From: the human T2T-CHM13v2.0 reference genome, Homo sapiens
DNA: 64,000 bases
NCBI RefSeq assembly: GCF_009914755.1
Contig: NC_060942.1
Reading direction: 5' to 3' (one strand)
Shown here: positions 1 to 14,724 of the stretch, one piece after another
Position numbering within the stretch: the stretch's first letter is position 1
Layout: the number at the start of each line of letters is the position of its first letter
Program-made: the position numbers and the translations under genes
The notes under the pieces: model-generated
Seen by the model: the letters and a program-made list of their open reading frames with translations, nothing else
What the model was told of the DNA's origin: nothing
The model's database searches: none

Positions 1-277
1 TTGATGATGAAATTAAGTCCAACAAATCAGAATTCCTGTTCCAGGATTTAGAGTTTTCCATAGGTCGACTCAACCCTACTTACACAACCACATCTTCTAC
101 AGTCTCAAACTGAATGTTGAGTATCCCGTGAATAAGGGATGATGCTCTTTTGAATCTGAAATGTTGTACATATAACTTAATTCTTAATTATAGGCTGTTG
201 AAAAGTTTAGTACTGAAAAGGTTCATGGAAATTATTTTTGTCTCCCTTATTTTACAATTTTTTTTTTTTTTAAAGAA

Positions 278-612
278 GGTCGGGCGCTGTAGCTCATGCC
301 TGTAGTCCCAGCACTTTGGGAGGCTGAGGCTGGTGGATCACGAGATCAGGAGTTCGAGACCAGCCTGACCAACATGGTGAAACCCCATCTCTACTACAAA
401 TACAAAAAATTAGCCAGGCATAGTGATGCGTGCCTGTAATCCCAGCTACTCAGGAGGCTGAGGCAGGAGAATTGCTTGAACCTAAGAGGCAGAGATTGCA
501 GTAAGCGGAGATCAGGCCACTGCACTCCAGACTGGGCGACAGAGTGAGACTGTCTCAAAAATAAAATAAAATAAAATAAAAAAAAAAAAGAAAAGAAGAG
601 AACAAAAAAAAA
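278..612 (+). mobile_element. Alu SINE, AluS (Sg-like), full length
   Basis: GGTCGGGCGC start, GGATCACGAG 2-nt-deletion form, central A5TACA6-like linker, (TAAAA)n/poly-A tail. Confidence 0.95.
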
Positions 613-1689
613 CCTGATAGATATTGAATTGCCCAAAGGCAGTCATCCAGAACTTAAATCTTCTAATTCAAAGTACCATGTTTTTTTGTTAATATCATTA
701 TTTTCATCTATATTTCCTGTTAAGATTGTATATAAATACTTTCAAACAAAATAAGACAAATTAAATAAAATAAATACACTGACTAGTTCCTACATAAACT
801 TTTATTTTAAGACCAGCTTATAAAAAGATTATGATAAAGATCGTAAGTTTTAATCATATGGACCTTGTGGAGTGGCATCTACTGCTCCACCAACCCCTGA
901 ACAAATTATCCTCATAGAATATTTGGCTGCCCTTTACTTACTCTGCTGTATGAATTTGAGCTATTAGAATGTTATGTTGAGAGGAAAATATTTTGGCTCA
1001 TGGTAAAGCAGTTTGCTTGAGAAGATAAGGAGTTTTCTAGGGCTGGTCTCTGTTCTGAATAACTTGTAACCATGCTATCCTGGTGGCCGTATGTTTAGTC
1101 TTCCCTATGCATTCTTAGGCTTCCAAAAGAAGATACTATTTCATCTTTGTTCCAAGCTACATACTAAGATTTTCCTTAGTCAGTCTGTAAGAATATGTGT
1201 CCAATTCACATAAGCTTCCCAAGAGGGTAAATAAAGCAGAAAACAGGGGCAAGGAGAAAAACTCAGGGCAATTTTATTCCCAACAAATAATCTTGCAGAC
1301 ACTAATGAAACAAATAAATAAGGCTATTAATATAAGTCCTGCAAAACTCACCCAAAGCTCCCATGCTCTCTCAAATCTTCTCCTGCTTAAAGCTCTCATT
1401 TTGACATGGAACATTTACAGGTAAAATTCTATATTGCTTGAGTTTAAAAGAAATTCTCAATCATGTTAATGTTAATGAAGATGGGGATGTTTTGCAAAGC
1501 TAACCTTCCCCTGTGGACAGGTAACCTCTATGATGCTAAAAATTTCTAACTGCAATGTTTACATTTCTGTATTATTTTTAAACTTTATAACACACTCCTC
1601 TTTTCTTATTTCTCTGAGAAGCTGCCATTTTGAAAATACAGTATCACCCACAGAAGTTACACTAAACATGATTGAATTATTCTTTGTTG

Positions 1690-1790
1690 TCATTTTTGTT
1701 TAACAGATGAGGATATTAAAGTTTGGAGAGGCTCAGGTAATATGGCCAGACACAGCAGAGCTGGAACTAGAAGCCAGTCCTCCACAGTAA
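1690..1790 (-). mobile_element. MIR fragment
   Basis: AACAGATGAGGATATTAAAGTTTGGAGAGG...AGAGCTGGAACTAGAA resembles reverse MIR core. Confidence 0.6.
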
Positions 1791-3879
1791 GAACTCCAGC
1801 TTTCAAGACAAAGTGGAACTACTCACAGCTTGTCACCATTTGATTCAGCTGACTTATGCCCTTCTTTTCCACTCTGACTCCAGTTAGATCCTATTCCACC
1901 TTTTCAATCAATACTCAATATTAATAACTATATACTAGACACTGGAAATGCTCCAGTAAAATAATGAGCATAACTCCTGCTTTCAAGATTACTAGGGCTT
2001 CACTCTGTACATAACCTCTAGGAAGATTAAAGAGCAAATTCTTTGCTTTCCTGAGACACTCATATTCATGCAGCCACTCCCATTCACCTTGTTCCTTGCC
2101 ATTTCTCTATCACCAGAAGGCCCACCTATTGCCTCAACTGGCTCAGACACTTACTCAAACTCTCTTTCTGTCACTTACACAATCCTCTTGATGGCAATTA
2201 CCGGCAGCATTTTTTGCTCAAGATATTTCAGTTTGGAAAAAGTTAAAAGCATGGAAGAGTGCCTTGAGCAACAGTGGCTGCTATTAACTGCTTTGGCAGT
2301 TTGTCAAGGTTTGGCCACCTGCCTGGAAGAAGTTTAACTCAACCGCAAATTTCACCCCCTCAGTCACCTATTTACCTCCTTCCTCCGAAACTGAAGCACT
2401 TATCAACACTGCATTACTTCTGTGTTGTATTCATTATGATCTTCATGAAAGTCAAAGGTGTTTGACTCAAAAAACCAGACATTTTTTAATCTCTAATTTA
2501 TTATCTTCTGGATACTGCTTTCCAGCATTTCTTCAAATTCAGTATCTTCCTTTGCCAGTACACCTGATGGTTATGTAAGGACACATCCAAGTACAAGCAG
2601 ATTCATCCTCTTTTCTAATCCTCCTCTGCTTCCCAACAGAGGCAAAATAAATAAATAAAATAAAAACACACGGGTGAAAAATAATTAAACGCAATCTCAA
2701 GGTCTATTGAAAAGAAATAACTTTGACTGATGAAAAATCCTCCACTCTTGCCAGGTCTCCTTGTAAAGCTGTAGATACTTAAAGGGAAATATATGAAAAA
2801 ACAAAACAAAACAAAAAGGCAGATGCAGTTTGAAGCCTGGAACTCTTGGGTTTTATTAAGAAGGAGCTGAACAACAGAGCCCAGCATCTGAGACCATTGA
2901 AAGTAAACAATTTAGAGTTGGGCCATTCAATAACCCTGGAAAATTAATCTGTGCTGTATAGAAACACGTGGCTGCTCTATGCCAATGGCTCTGTACTTAG
3001 AGAATAGGTTCATTAGTACAGCTGCAGAAGCTGCACCAGCTCCTCAGTGGGTCATCTAAACACTTGTACTCATGGCCATGGTCTCACTGGGACTAATTTC
3101 ACAGAGATGGGAAAGAGGAGCAAGAGAGAGGGGGAGTCTAAAAAATAAGTTTTGTAGCTCATGCCAAGAATAAAAGCAAGGGAGGGTGACATTTACAATC
3201 AGGCCAGAAAAGCAAAGAAAACAATATTTTGCTTTCCTGAGTTTACTTTTAATGGTCATTTTTTTACCTTGAGAATGTCAATTCCTTGAGTAAAGGAAAC
3301 ACATTGAATATTGTCATTTCATAATTCCCAGTTAAGAAGATTGACATCTTCATTTTCGATATCTAAGAGGGTGGACCCTATTTTTCAAGTTCACACATAC
3401 CGCATACACATACTACAGGTTCAGAAATTGAAGGAAGCAACTGAATCCAAGAATAAAACTTCCCTGTTCTGGAGAAGAAATCTAACCTCCATCCACAAGT
3501 TATCATCATCAGTTTGTGGTAGGGCGAGAACGGGAAGTCATGTCTGAGAGCTATGCTTATCCAGGGCTGCTTTGACTCTGTTCTCCTGCCTTAGTGAACT
3601 CTACTTGACCCAACCCAAATTACACATAATGACTAGAGACTGACTACTCTTCCTTCTTAGAAATTGTGGCTGCAGAAATCCCCATTTCCTACCTGCTGCT
3701 GCCACATGGAATTTGTTTCATTTACATGTTCTTTTACACTTCCTTTTTACCTCTACCTGGGAATCCCTTCTCATTCTTACTGTGACTGGTAAACAATTTG
3801 AAATATTAACATTAAGGAAACAAAATCTTTTTGTGTCTTCCTCATCAACCCCTTTTCTCTTCCCTTTTTACAATGACTT

Positions 3880-4570
3880 CTCTGATTCCCTTGTTAACAT
3901 GCTCAGGGTGGAAGTTCAGAGGAACCTACAGATATTTTTGATAGCTTTTTTCCCAGAAGACAAAATCCTTCAGAACAGGTAGGATGTTTTCAAAAATTAA
4001 GTGATATAAGGATATGGTCTGAAAGAAGTAGTAAGAAGAAATGTGCAAAGGAAAATCCACTTGTGCCCCTCCCCCAAGATAGGGGAGATAGGAGACTCCC
4101 CCAAGCTTTGTTGGAAGTAAGGAGAGAAAATCATGGAGGTCCAAAGCCACAAGGCTCCAGTCCCTGAATCTGGGCAGCACTGCTGGTTAATGTCAAGGCT
4201 CCCTAAATAGAATGACAGTAGGGTATGTGGGCATTGGGCATGGGATTATCAGGCTCAGTCAAAATTCCCAATCCCCAAGCATGAATCTGAGGCTGCATGG
4301 AACCTGGGAACCTGAAAAGATCGTGTATTCAGGAATAATGGATATCTCTGAGGTAGCCTACATGGACAGATGATAGGGTGTCATCACTTTCTCAAACCTT
4401 CAACCTGTAAATAAGATCTTGGAATCCTACATCACCTTAGGGAGACTTCAAGAACAACGAAGCTATATTCTCCAAATTCTGGTGAAATGGGGAATTATAT
4501 TTAAAAATGAAGTTAAGTTATAGACAAATGAGGAAAAGGTATTTCTTGCACACCTGAAGTGATGCTTTGA
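3880..4570 (+). mobile_element. Possible ancient LTR (LTR78-like)
   Basis: 3' end AAGTTAAGTTATAG...ATTTCTTGCACACCTGA resembles recalled LTR78 terminus; boundaries approximate. Confidence 0.3.
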
Positions 4571-4821
4571 AAATCTTCCCTCATGTTAACTTGCTAGAAT
4601 TTAGAGCCAATTTGGATTAGCAGGGACTAAATTGAATGTAGGGGATGATTAATACAAAAGGGAGGCTGGAGGGACACAGAAAATTATCTTCATAAGACCT
4701 ATCTTTGCATAGTGATTTTGGGTGTCCTAGTCTCAATGCTAGTCCTCTTAGCAGCAGTCTTATTTGTCCTCATAAAACCCCCTCAACCCTGTGTAAAAAT
4801 CTGTCATCACCTGTGAACATC

Positions 4822-4980
4822 TGTGACCTTAGGTAGTGCTTTAATTTTGTCATCTGTACACCAAGGATAATAATTGTACTTACTTTTAGGATTACTGTTA
4901 AGATTAAATGAGTTAATACATGTAAATTATTTAAAATACCAGTTGGCACACAATATATAATCAATAAATATGTGTTATTG
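4822..4980 (+). mobile_element. MIR
   Basis: TGTGACCTTAGG...GATTAAATGAGTTAATACATGTAAA...TGGCACACAA...CAATAAATA matches MIR 3' half. Confidence 0.85.
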
Positions 4981-7559
4981 CTGCTTGTTTTTAAATTGTT
5001 GTATTATCCCTCAATTTCCTCCTTTCCTGGGTAGGGAAGGCATGAGTGATTTCTGCTTGTTCTCTGAGATGTAAATTATTCTGTATAGATTTAGTGTTTT
5101 TCTCTAGGTTCTAAGCTACAAGACGAGAATAAGCAGTTAAGGAAGAAGAGATGGGTATGGAAGTAGGAGAAAGAGCCTTTTCTTACACATCATCTTAGCT
5201 TTCATATAAGTTGCTTAAACAAACAAACAAAGCACAAAAAATTCTTAAAGGAAGTATACAATCCCTTCAGAATGGCATAAAAAGAGAGAGAGAAACAGGG
5301 AGATCAATTCTGGGGGATTTCAAGAAGGGAAACCCAACATTTCCCTGGGGTACACAGATGAAAAACAACCTAGCAGCCAAGGTTTGGCTGGGCCAAGCCA
5401 CGCTCCCAGGTTTAGTGCAGACCAGAAGCCTCAGTTTCTCAGGACACCTCCCCAGGATGCTCCGACACTTCCCCACCTTGCCTCTGTACCTACTTCTATA
5501 TTTCTACAGCCCCTGCCCTGCTGAAGCTCTGCATGCAAGTGAAAGGGACTCTAATGGCCTGTTTCTAAGATAACTTCCCTCCCATCACAGCAGGTGGAGA
5601 GCCATTCCTGGCGATGCAAATTTAAATTCTGAACGCATTATCCCATAGAAATATTGCTGCATTTTGTATTTAGTTTCCATAGTGTTATTAGGATATTACT
5701 ATAGTTCAGCTACATTATGACTTAAATATGCTTTTGTGAGCACTTAGAGGACCTGAACACCATGTTATAAAACACATTTCTACGGAAAAAAAAATGCCTC
5801 AACTTCAAAAACAGACTCGTAAATCAAACTTCTCTTCAATATCTAGGAAGAAAACTATTGGTAACAGCAAGTACTGTTTTTATTTAAATTTAACTTATAT
5901 TAAAAACTCAATGTAAAATACTAAAAGAGAGCTTTTTCTGAAATTTGTTTATAACACTCCTCCCATACACACATCCTCCAGCGTTTAGACACATGTCCAG
6001 TACAGATTTTTTTTTTACATAGATGTTCAATTAATATTAGTTGAAAGTGATTTAGGGTTGCCAGGGCTGACTTTTCTAAGAAACTGCTCTCTGGATCACC
6101 AAAGCAAATTTTCTTGTCAACTAATTTGCTTTGATTGAAGTTTGTTTTTTTCCAAAGTAATTCTCCTTATTTCTAATATCCAAGAGCAACAGTGACCAAA
6201 AACAAACAAACACACACAAAAAAAGGTGTAGCATATTTGCTAGGAACTACTTACTCAAATCAAAGCAAATGGCACAGACAGGAGCAAGCCCTGTTTAATC
6301 TGAGCACTGGCTGGTGTAAGAGACCAGTAGGAATTACATCTAGTGATATTTCATTTCCTGCTCTTTTTTAAAAGGGCAAAACCATCATGGAGGTCACATT
6401 TGACAAACCAGTTTGTTTTTCCCTTTTCAATGTTTGTCTCTGCAATTGAGACCCAACCTCACCTCATTTCCCCTGCTCAACGCCACCTCCCCTTCTTACC
6501 CTTTCCCTCCTCCTCTTTCTTTCTTTTTTCTTTTTTGTTCCCCTCTTTGAAAACTCTAATGACTAGAATAATCCCAAATGTCAACATTTGCAATTCTGGA
6601 GCTTCATTTAAGCAATAAAAATAATAATTAAAAGGGTAAAACCTTAGAGAGATTTCTTCATTTTATATGGTTTGCCAGCAATGATACGCATTCAAAAAAA
6701 AAGCCAGTAAAAGAATTAATTAGAAACAGCCAAAGCTCAACAAGCTCTGCAAGTTGATGAAGCAGAGAGGAAAATGTCATCTTTGAGACCCAGAGCCGCA
6801 TTGGCTTAGATAATATCCACTCCTGCCTTACTCTCCTAACTAAACCTCTTTTAATCTCTCCTCAAGAAATCAATGCTAATGACATGGATTTACCAAGAAA
6901 TGACAGCAGCATAATACCATGAGAGCTGCTCCTGTTTAATGTAACTTAGTTCTGATGGGAACACTCAGAGTTTCATTCTGACAGCAAGTCGTTGTTTTGC
7001 GTGTTTCTTGTGGGACTCAAAATAATGGAAAAGCTTCCTTTTATTTTATTTTTATACCTTCCATTGTGAGTTTGTTTTTTAGATTGCTCCCAGTATTCCT
7101 CTGTCCCTCTTTTTAAAGCAGCCTTTTCTTCTCTGGCCACAAGTCTCCCACCCCCATCATCTCCACTCACATTCTGTAATTCATTCTTATTTCCTTGATC
7201 TTTCTTCAGAATGGTTCTCCTATGGCCACAGGTGGCATTATAACATACAGTTTCCCCCCACCCCCACCCGTCTACTTATATAAAGCTAATTTATGTGTAG
7301 ACATCTACTTGTTTCTGTTTCATTGGTCTATTTGTTTGGTCGTTCAGCCAAAATATATGGGATGTTTCCAAAATATGTCTAGAATACAAAATCCACCTAA
7401 AATCTAAGGAACGTCATTATTTTATTGTTAACAACATACATGCGACGTTTATACTGCAAAACAGTGCTGTTCTTAAACACATCACACTACTGCAGACACA
7501 TCCCACAGGGTCTTATAGCTAGAGAGAATCAGACACATAAGGAACTGAGTGTGTCTGCT

Positions 7560-7720
7560 TGGCTACTTACTAGATGAGTGACGTGACCTTGGGAAGAAGC
7601 TTTAATCCTTCTGAAGTTTTCTACCCTGTAGAAAGGTGTGAATGATACCTATCATGCATTTCTCAGTGTGTGAGATGTAATGAGGAAATGTAAGTCCCTG
7701 GTACATATCTGGTCTCCTCA
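7560..7720 (+). mobile_element. MIR fragment
   Basis: CTACTTACTAG...GTGACCTTGGGAAG...CCTGGTACATA. Confidence 0.7.
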
Positions 7721-8050
7721 TAATGCTGCTTCCTTCTTCCTTTTCTTCTTTGTCTAGTTTGTTCTTTCGGAGTTACCAAAGCATATTTCACCTCCCTTTT
7801 GCATGAGAGTCCATTAGCTTTTTAAACACAGCCACCATGATCACACAGGCTCCCTTTTTGAGGGATAAATGTCTCATCAGAACTGTCAAAAATTATCACT
7901 CCAGTGACAAAGATATCAAAGCAATCAATTTGTCTAAAAGCTACATTTTCTTTAAATTTGAAGCTCCCAAAATGAAAATGATACTTGTATGGATGAATAA
8001 ACTAGTGTAAAATACAGCATTTAGCTCTATGGCCTTTCTAATAATATTAT

Positions 8051-8185
8051 CAGGAGCAGATTAGGGTTTTGCGGGGCCTAACTCTTACACAATTTGAAGA
8101 TTTTTTCTTTTAATAGAAAAATACAAAATTGAATACAAGGCCATGGCTGGGATCTCGAAGTCCAGCTTCAGTAGTTTCACAGAAA
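8051..8185. mobile_element. hAT-type MITE fragment (MER53-like)
   Basis: CAGGAGCAGATTAGGGTTTTGCGGGGCCTAA...AATACAAAATTGAATACAA...AGCTTCAGTAGTTTCAC. Confidence 0.5.
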
Positions 8186-8633
8186 AAGACAACAGAATCC
8201 CATCCTCCCCTTCCCCCTGACACACAGGCACACACCACATCCTGACATCTCTCCAGGGGCATTTGGTGAACGCTTAAAATTTAGTTTCAGTGGGATTCTG
8301 ACAGAGAGGAGGCAATAGGCAAGGGTGTCCCTAAATGTACTGAAGTAACGTTTCTTCCATCTAGTGAAATGGGCCCTAGAACACTCTTAGCAGGAATTCA
8401 GTTTCATTTTAGAAGAAAGCAGAAAGTTACACTTCTAGAAAAACTGAATATGTGAATATGTAGCCAGAGATTGATGCCTGCCTAAATAATTGCTGATCTT
8501 TATAGATGTTTATATAAATGCAAAGAGGAAACAAATATGATGGAAAGTTGCTGGAAAGTTTCTGGGGCAATGGTAAGATTAGAAGGCTGTTACTTTAGAT
8601 AGTAGGCTCATGGAGAGAAAATTTGAGGCTTTT

Positions 8634-8965
8634 ATGAGGTCCCCAAGCCTGGGGCCACAGACCGGTAACTGGTCTGTGTCTTATTGGGAACATGCTATAC
8701 AGGAGGAGGTGAGCGGCTGGTAAGTGAGCATTACCAGTTGAATTCCACCTCCTGTCAGAGCAGCAGGGGCATTAGATTCCCACAGTAGCACGAGGTCTAT
8801 TGTGAACTGCACATGCAAGGGATCTGGGTTGTGTGCTCCTTGTGAGAATCTAATGTCTGATGATCTGAAGTGGAACAGAATCATTTGAAACCATCCCCCA
8901 CAATCCATGGAAAAATTGTCTTCCATGAAACCAGTCCCTAATGCCAAAAATATTGGGGACACCAG
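8634..8965 (+). mobile_element. MER1B hAT-Charlie DNA transposon (non-autonomous)
   Basis: GGTCCCCAA...TTGGGGAC terminal inverted repeats; internal GCATTAGATTC, GAGAATCTAATG, GGAAAAATTGTCTTCCATGAAACCAGTCCCT. Confidence 0.9.
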
Positions 8966-9087
8966 TTTTAAAGGATGAGAAGAGTCATCTATGCCAAGAG
9001 GCTAGAAAAGGGAAGGTCCAGCAGAGGGAATCTAAGCACAGAACCTGGAAGCCTGGAAAGAGTGCAGAGTACTTAAAGAGAAAACTG

Positions 9088-9290
9088 GGCACCTGTAATC
9101 CCAGCCACTCGGGGCTGAGGCAGGAGAATCGCTTGAGCCTGGGAGGCGGAGGTTGCAGTGAGCCGGGATTGTGCCACTGCACTCCTGCCTGGGCGACAAG
9201 AGCAAAACTCTGTCAAGGAAGGAAGAAGGGAAGGAAGGAAGGAAGGGAGGGAGGGAGGGACGGAGGGAGGAAGGAAAGAAAGAAAAAAAC
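9088..9290 (+). mobile_element. 5'-truncated Alu (right arm, Sq/Sp-like) with GA-rich tail
   Basis: GCACCTGTAATCCCAGC...GCGACAAGAGCAAAACTC; AAAACTGG flanks both sides (TSD). Confidence 0.9.
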
Positions 9291-10009
9291 TGGCAAGTAG
9301 TTAAGAAATGAGTTTGGAAATATCTCTCAGTTATTCAACAGAATGTAAGCACTAGAAGGAAAAATGTCCTTTGTTATCTGCGCTTGCATTGAATTCTTTT
9401 AGAGTTCATACATTGTTTACTTTTCTATCAGAAAACAAATTAGAGAAACAACTGATAATGCATTTTGAAATTATCACACATTTTATTCATAGTGAATGCA
9501 GTGATCACCTAAACCATACAAATGCCAAACTAGATATCTTAATAAATATATGCTAATTTAAATCAATTCATTGAAAATAGTCTTAACACCTTTCAATGTT
9601 TCTCACGAAATTGGGACACAGGGATTGTTACTGGGCATCAGTCTTTCTTAGTTTCTCTCTGACTTTCAGTCTTTTGGTAACATCTTCCCTCATAGGACAT
9701 GCAACCCAAAATTCAGAATTCAAAGGACAGAGCTTCCTTAGGATTCTACATGAGGCTGGGCCCCCTTCAAGCTACATTAATTATGTTTAACTTCTATTGC
9801 CAAATTTGGAACCAAGGGTTTGATTTTTCTCTCTTGCTACATCAAAATGGGAGAGCAGATAAGTTACGATAGTTGGTGCTGGTTTTACTCTGGAACAAAA
9901 TTTAAAATACTCAGAGAGAGGAAGTATAAATATCACATGGAAGAGATACACTGCTGTCTATCAAAGACTCATGCTTCCCTTTTATGTTATTTGCTTGTTG
10001 CCAGTTAGC

Positions 10010-10322
10010 AGTTAGACTGTATTTCCCAGTCTCCTGATACCTAGCCCCTGCATCTGGGAGAGGTTGAGTAATTTCCACCAACAGACTGTGAGTGTAAGTG
10101 GTATAACTTCTGAGGCCAGTCAAGTAAGAAACCAACATGCCTTCTCTGCCTTAATGCATTGGCAGAAAACCCAGGCCCATTGGATAAGGGAGTCACATTG
10201 GATTGTCACTGTGTCACATGTCACATTATTTCTTTATGTAAAGAAATAAAAGTTGGTTGTGTTCAGCCACTGAAATTCTAGGGTTTGTTTGATACAGTAT
10301 TTTGCATTACCCATCTAATACA
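10010..10322 (+). mobile_element. MaLR LTR (MLT1H/I/J-like)
   Basis: 3' end AAATAAAAGTTGGTTGTGTTCAGCCACTGAAATTCTAGGGTTTGTTTG...CTAATACA; 5' limit approximate. Confidence 0.7.
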
Positions 10323-11179
10323 TAGGGTCCTCAGATTCTTGATTTATAGCAAACCGAATTAACTATGTACCCTACTGAAGGGATAATTACATTTAAAGGT
10401 TTAATTTAATTTATTTTTGTTTTCTCTTCTTGAGTGAAAAAGGTGGCAGAAAATCTGCACATAGCTCAAGGTTTTCCTCCTGAAAGATAGGTATGGAGTT
10501 CATGGGAATCATTTTGGAACGTATTCTTAGAAAACTAAATCATCCCAAATTCACTGAAGTTAGCGTCCCACTGAAGGACAATAGAGCACATGCATAGTAC
10601 AAGTAGTTTAAGAGAAAAATCTGTTTACTCCTGAGAGCATGAAGTGACAGGAAAGGAAAAGAATGGTAATTCTCCGTCAGATGTGGTTGATAGTGAACTT
10701 GAAGTGAATGCAGACCTGAGCGTCTGGTTGTATCCTGAGAGGTATGGAAATGGAAATGGAAGCCCATGTAAAGGAAAGATTAAAGCTCTATGATTTTCCT
10801 TCCTGCAAAGCCATAGCAATCTGAATAGGATATCAGCAGTGACCCAGCCCTAGCTGGCAGACTGTGTGTGATCAATTTTTAACAGCAATACCAAGTCACA
10901 GCAAGAAACGCTGGCAGTAGTGCACTGAGGAAACGCCAATTCTTTCCCAATATAAAGGCTAAAACAGATACAGACTCCTTTTAAGTTTTGGTATTCCCAC
11001 TGGCGTTGTTATTAATACATGGAGAAGAAGGAGACACTGGACTTTCTATGAACAAAGTTGTTTGGGGATCTAGCCTTCAATGTATTTATTTTATAAATCA
11101 AATGTTGGGAGAATTTTTAAGATGAGATTTATTTGGAGATTTTTCAACATGTAATATTACTAATATTTGTATAGTTTTT

Positions 11180-11360
11180 ATCACTTATAAAGGATTTTCA
11201 CAAGCTTTATTCATTTTGACCTTCTTAACAACTCAATAAAGTAGATATTATCACCTCAGTTTTATTGATAAGGAGACCATGGTTCATTGAGATAAAGTAA
11301 CTTGCACAAGATTACACTAATATTAAGTGGCCAAGACATAATTCAAATCCTAGATCTTAT
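11180..11360 (-). mobile_element. MIR
   Basis: CTTAACAACTC...AAGTAACTTGCACAAGATTACAC...AAGTGGC...ATTCAAATCC. Confidence 0.8.
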
Positions 11361-13714
11361 CTACGCTGTTATCTTAAACTTTTGCCTCAAAGGCCATGAT
11401 GTAACCAACTGTAATCCAGATAAACAGTGCATCAAAATGTACCCCTAAGTCTTGTTGCTGCTGCCTTCCGGCCAACTTTGAATTTCTTTCTTCATAATTT
11501 CTCCTGATTACTAGCAGAGAGGAGGCTATAGCCAACTGTATTCCCTTTCTGCTACATTTATTCTTTTCCAAAATATGGTTCACTTTTGAATTCACTGATT
11601 TAAGAATTTTTAGAATGGTGAAGAGTACCTTCTCCATACAGTCACACACATCTACGCGATGCCCCAGACACACTTGGCTTAATAAGAGTAAGCTCTTTCT
11701 TTGAATTCTAGATTGATAAATAATTAACAATTTCATACCCTTGGATAAATTCAAAATAAACTAAATACTTATGGATAGTTACTGTTATAATATATTCAGC
11801 TAAAGTATGTGGTTTAAGGGAAATGGTCTAGGGAGTAAAACCCAAAACCACTTTTTTAAAATCACATAGTTTCTTTGCACCCTTGCCTGAAAGAGAAATC
11901 AAACACTTGCAGGAGCTTTGTGCTGTCAGATCCTGAAAAATCGCAATGTTTTGCGATATTCAAGTTTGCTTCTTCAATGGTCTAGCCATAGCCCTTTCAT
12001 TCTGAACCTTTCCCCAAAAAGATTGCCTTCTATTTCCTTTGCAAACTAAATAGCTAAACAGCTTTTATTTTTCCCATGTGATGCAAGTTATCACAGCTCT
12101 GGGTGAGGAATCCAGGACATAAGCAGAAAAGTTGGATTTATTCCATGCCAAAGCACTAACGGGGATTTTTTTTTTTCCTTATTGTGAAAAAAAAAGAAAA
12201 AAAAAAAGCTGTTGTTTCTTTTCAGCATCAGACTGTGGCCCCAGTGTAGAAATTTCCTCAAATAGTGACCCTTTGGGAAATGATGGTCATAAAACTAATT
12301 TACAAAAGCACGAGATAAATATTAAAATAGGAACACTGAAGGTTTTAGCCTCCTGCAGTTTCAAAGGAACTTGGAGTAAATATTTACCTTGATTTTTTTG
12401 CCATGGAATTACTTTGTGAATCTTACCATGAAGAAGATGACTTTTTTCCAGTTATTGTCAATAGCATTTCTCTCAGGGTGATTGCTGCCTTTTCTCTTTC
12501 ACAGTCTAGTGTTATATTGAAAATACTGTAAGCGTGCTCACACACTGTGGTGAATTCAAAAGGGTACTTATGCCAAGAAACAAAAGGCATTCTCTTTCCC
12601 TATGGCTTCTACCACCCTTACTTGGGGAGTTGATAAATTGGCCTTTTATGGAGATTTTAACACAAGAAAAATAAAAATGTGTAGATTTTTGTGATAGATG
12701 TTGGGAAGAAATCTTGGTTTAATAAAATGAATCTTTTCATCTGTGTCTACAGGACAACCTTCCATGAACTGTAAAATAGAAACTCTAGGTTTGTCAGACT
12801 GCTTTGCCTATATGTTGCCAGACACCCAGGTTAATGATTTTTATTTTAACTGAATAGATTGACTGTCTTGAAGTTAGGAGCACCAGTGTACTGTCTTTGG
12901 ATACTTGAATCATTTTGTTTGTATTTTCATCAGTTAGCGCTGTGCTCAGAAATGTGTGAAATTGTGGGTCTACATGTATTTGTTTATGTAAAGAGATTTT
13001 ATCTGCTCTCTGTGTGTGCGTTTGTGTGTGTGTGTGCATGTATGTCTGTACCTTCCTGTTGGCCTTCACCCTTTCTTCTTGATGCTCTATGACGCCTCAG
13101 GGAGAGCCTCCTATGAAAATGAGCTATTGAGTCAATTTAAAGGAATAGTTGCTTTCTAATCAAACCAAGAACATAATAAGACTGCTTTAATATTCAAGCT
13201 AGTCAGTTATTACGATATAATTTATCCAAGCATACAACTCTCCCTTTTTTGTGCAGAGAAGGGAAACTTCCTCCTGAAAAACTTAACTCTTCTTCAGATA
13301 ACTCCTTCTTTGATTATCCACATGTGTTACTTTTAGCTTTTTATCTACAGGCACCACTACTGTCAGTACTGAAATGACTAATATAACCCAACAGGCAAGT
13401 TTCTTGACATGGTGCTTTTATTTTTTGCGTAGTGTTCATTTTACTTATGATTTGAGGCAAAGCAACATAGCATCTATGACCATAGCACCACCAAAACTGG
13501 TTTCACAAAGTCTTTGTGGCTTCATATTGCAAAAATTCAATCATTATTGTCTTCTTTGCCAGATTTGACATTGTTCACCACTCGCTTTTCCTTAAAAGAC
13601 TTTGTCTTTTTGGCATCTATGTCCCCAAACTTAAATTTTCCTTCCATTTTTGTGGCTCTTACTTCTGTTTCCTTCATTTTATATTCCTCTGCTTATTGTC
13701 TAAATATTATAATG

Positions 13715-14345
<631 letters not shown>

Positions 14346-14724
14346 TACTATGAATTTTTTCCTCTCCTTCTCTCACTGTAAATAATTTCCCTTGATAACC
14401 TCAGTACAATTCCCATTTAATCAATTGTTACTTTTACTTTTATGTAAATATCTCTTCTGAAATCCAATCATTCTGCTGTCATAGAACTTAAAACCTGGGA
14501 AGAGCTTGGCAGATTATTCTAGTTATCGTTTTTCTTAATTCTTGCTCCTTTTATAGGCAAATAAGTTAAAAGCTTTAGATCATAAACCGCACACCTATTA
14601 GTCCTGAGTCGAAGTTCAGAACATTTTAGACATTAATCAGTCTGCAAGTTTTATGAGGATGTCTATGACATTAAACCTGCGGTCTATTTCCCTTATTTCT
14701 TGACTTCTGAGCAACATTCAATCA

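Noticed and set aside
11630-11678. Minus-strand 49-nt exon candidate (QVCLGHRVDVCDCMEK)
   Set aside because: Weak donor and acceptor; phase incompatible with the other candidates
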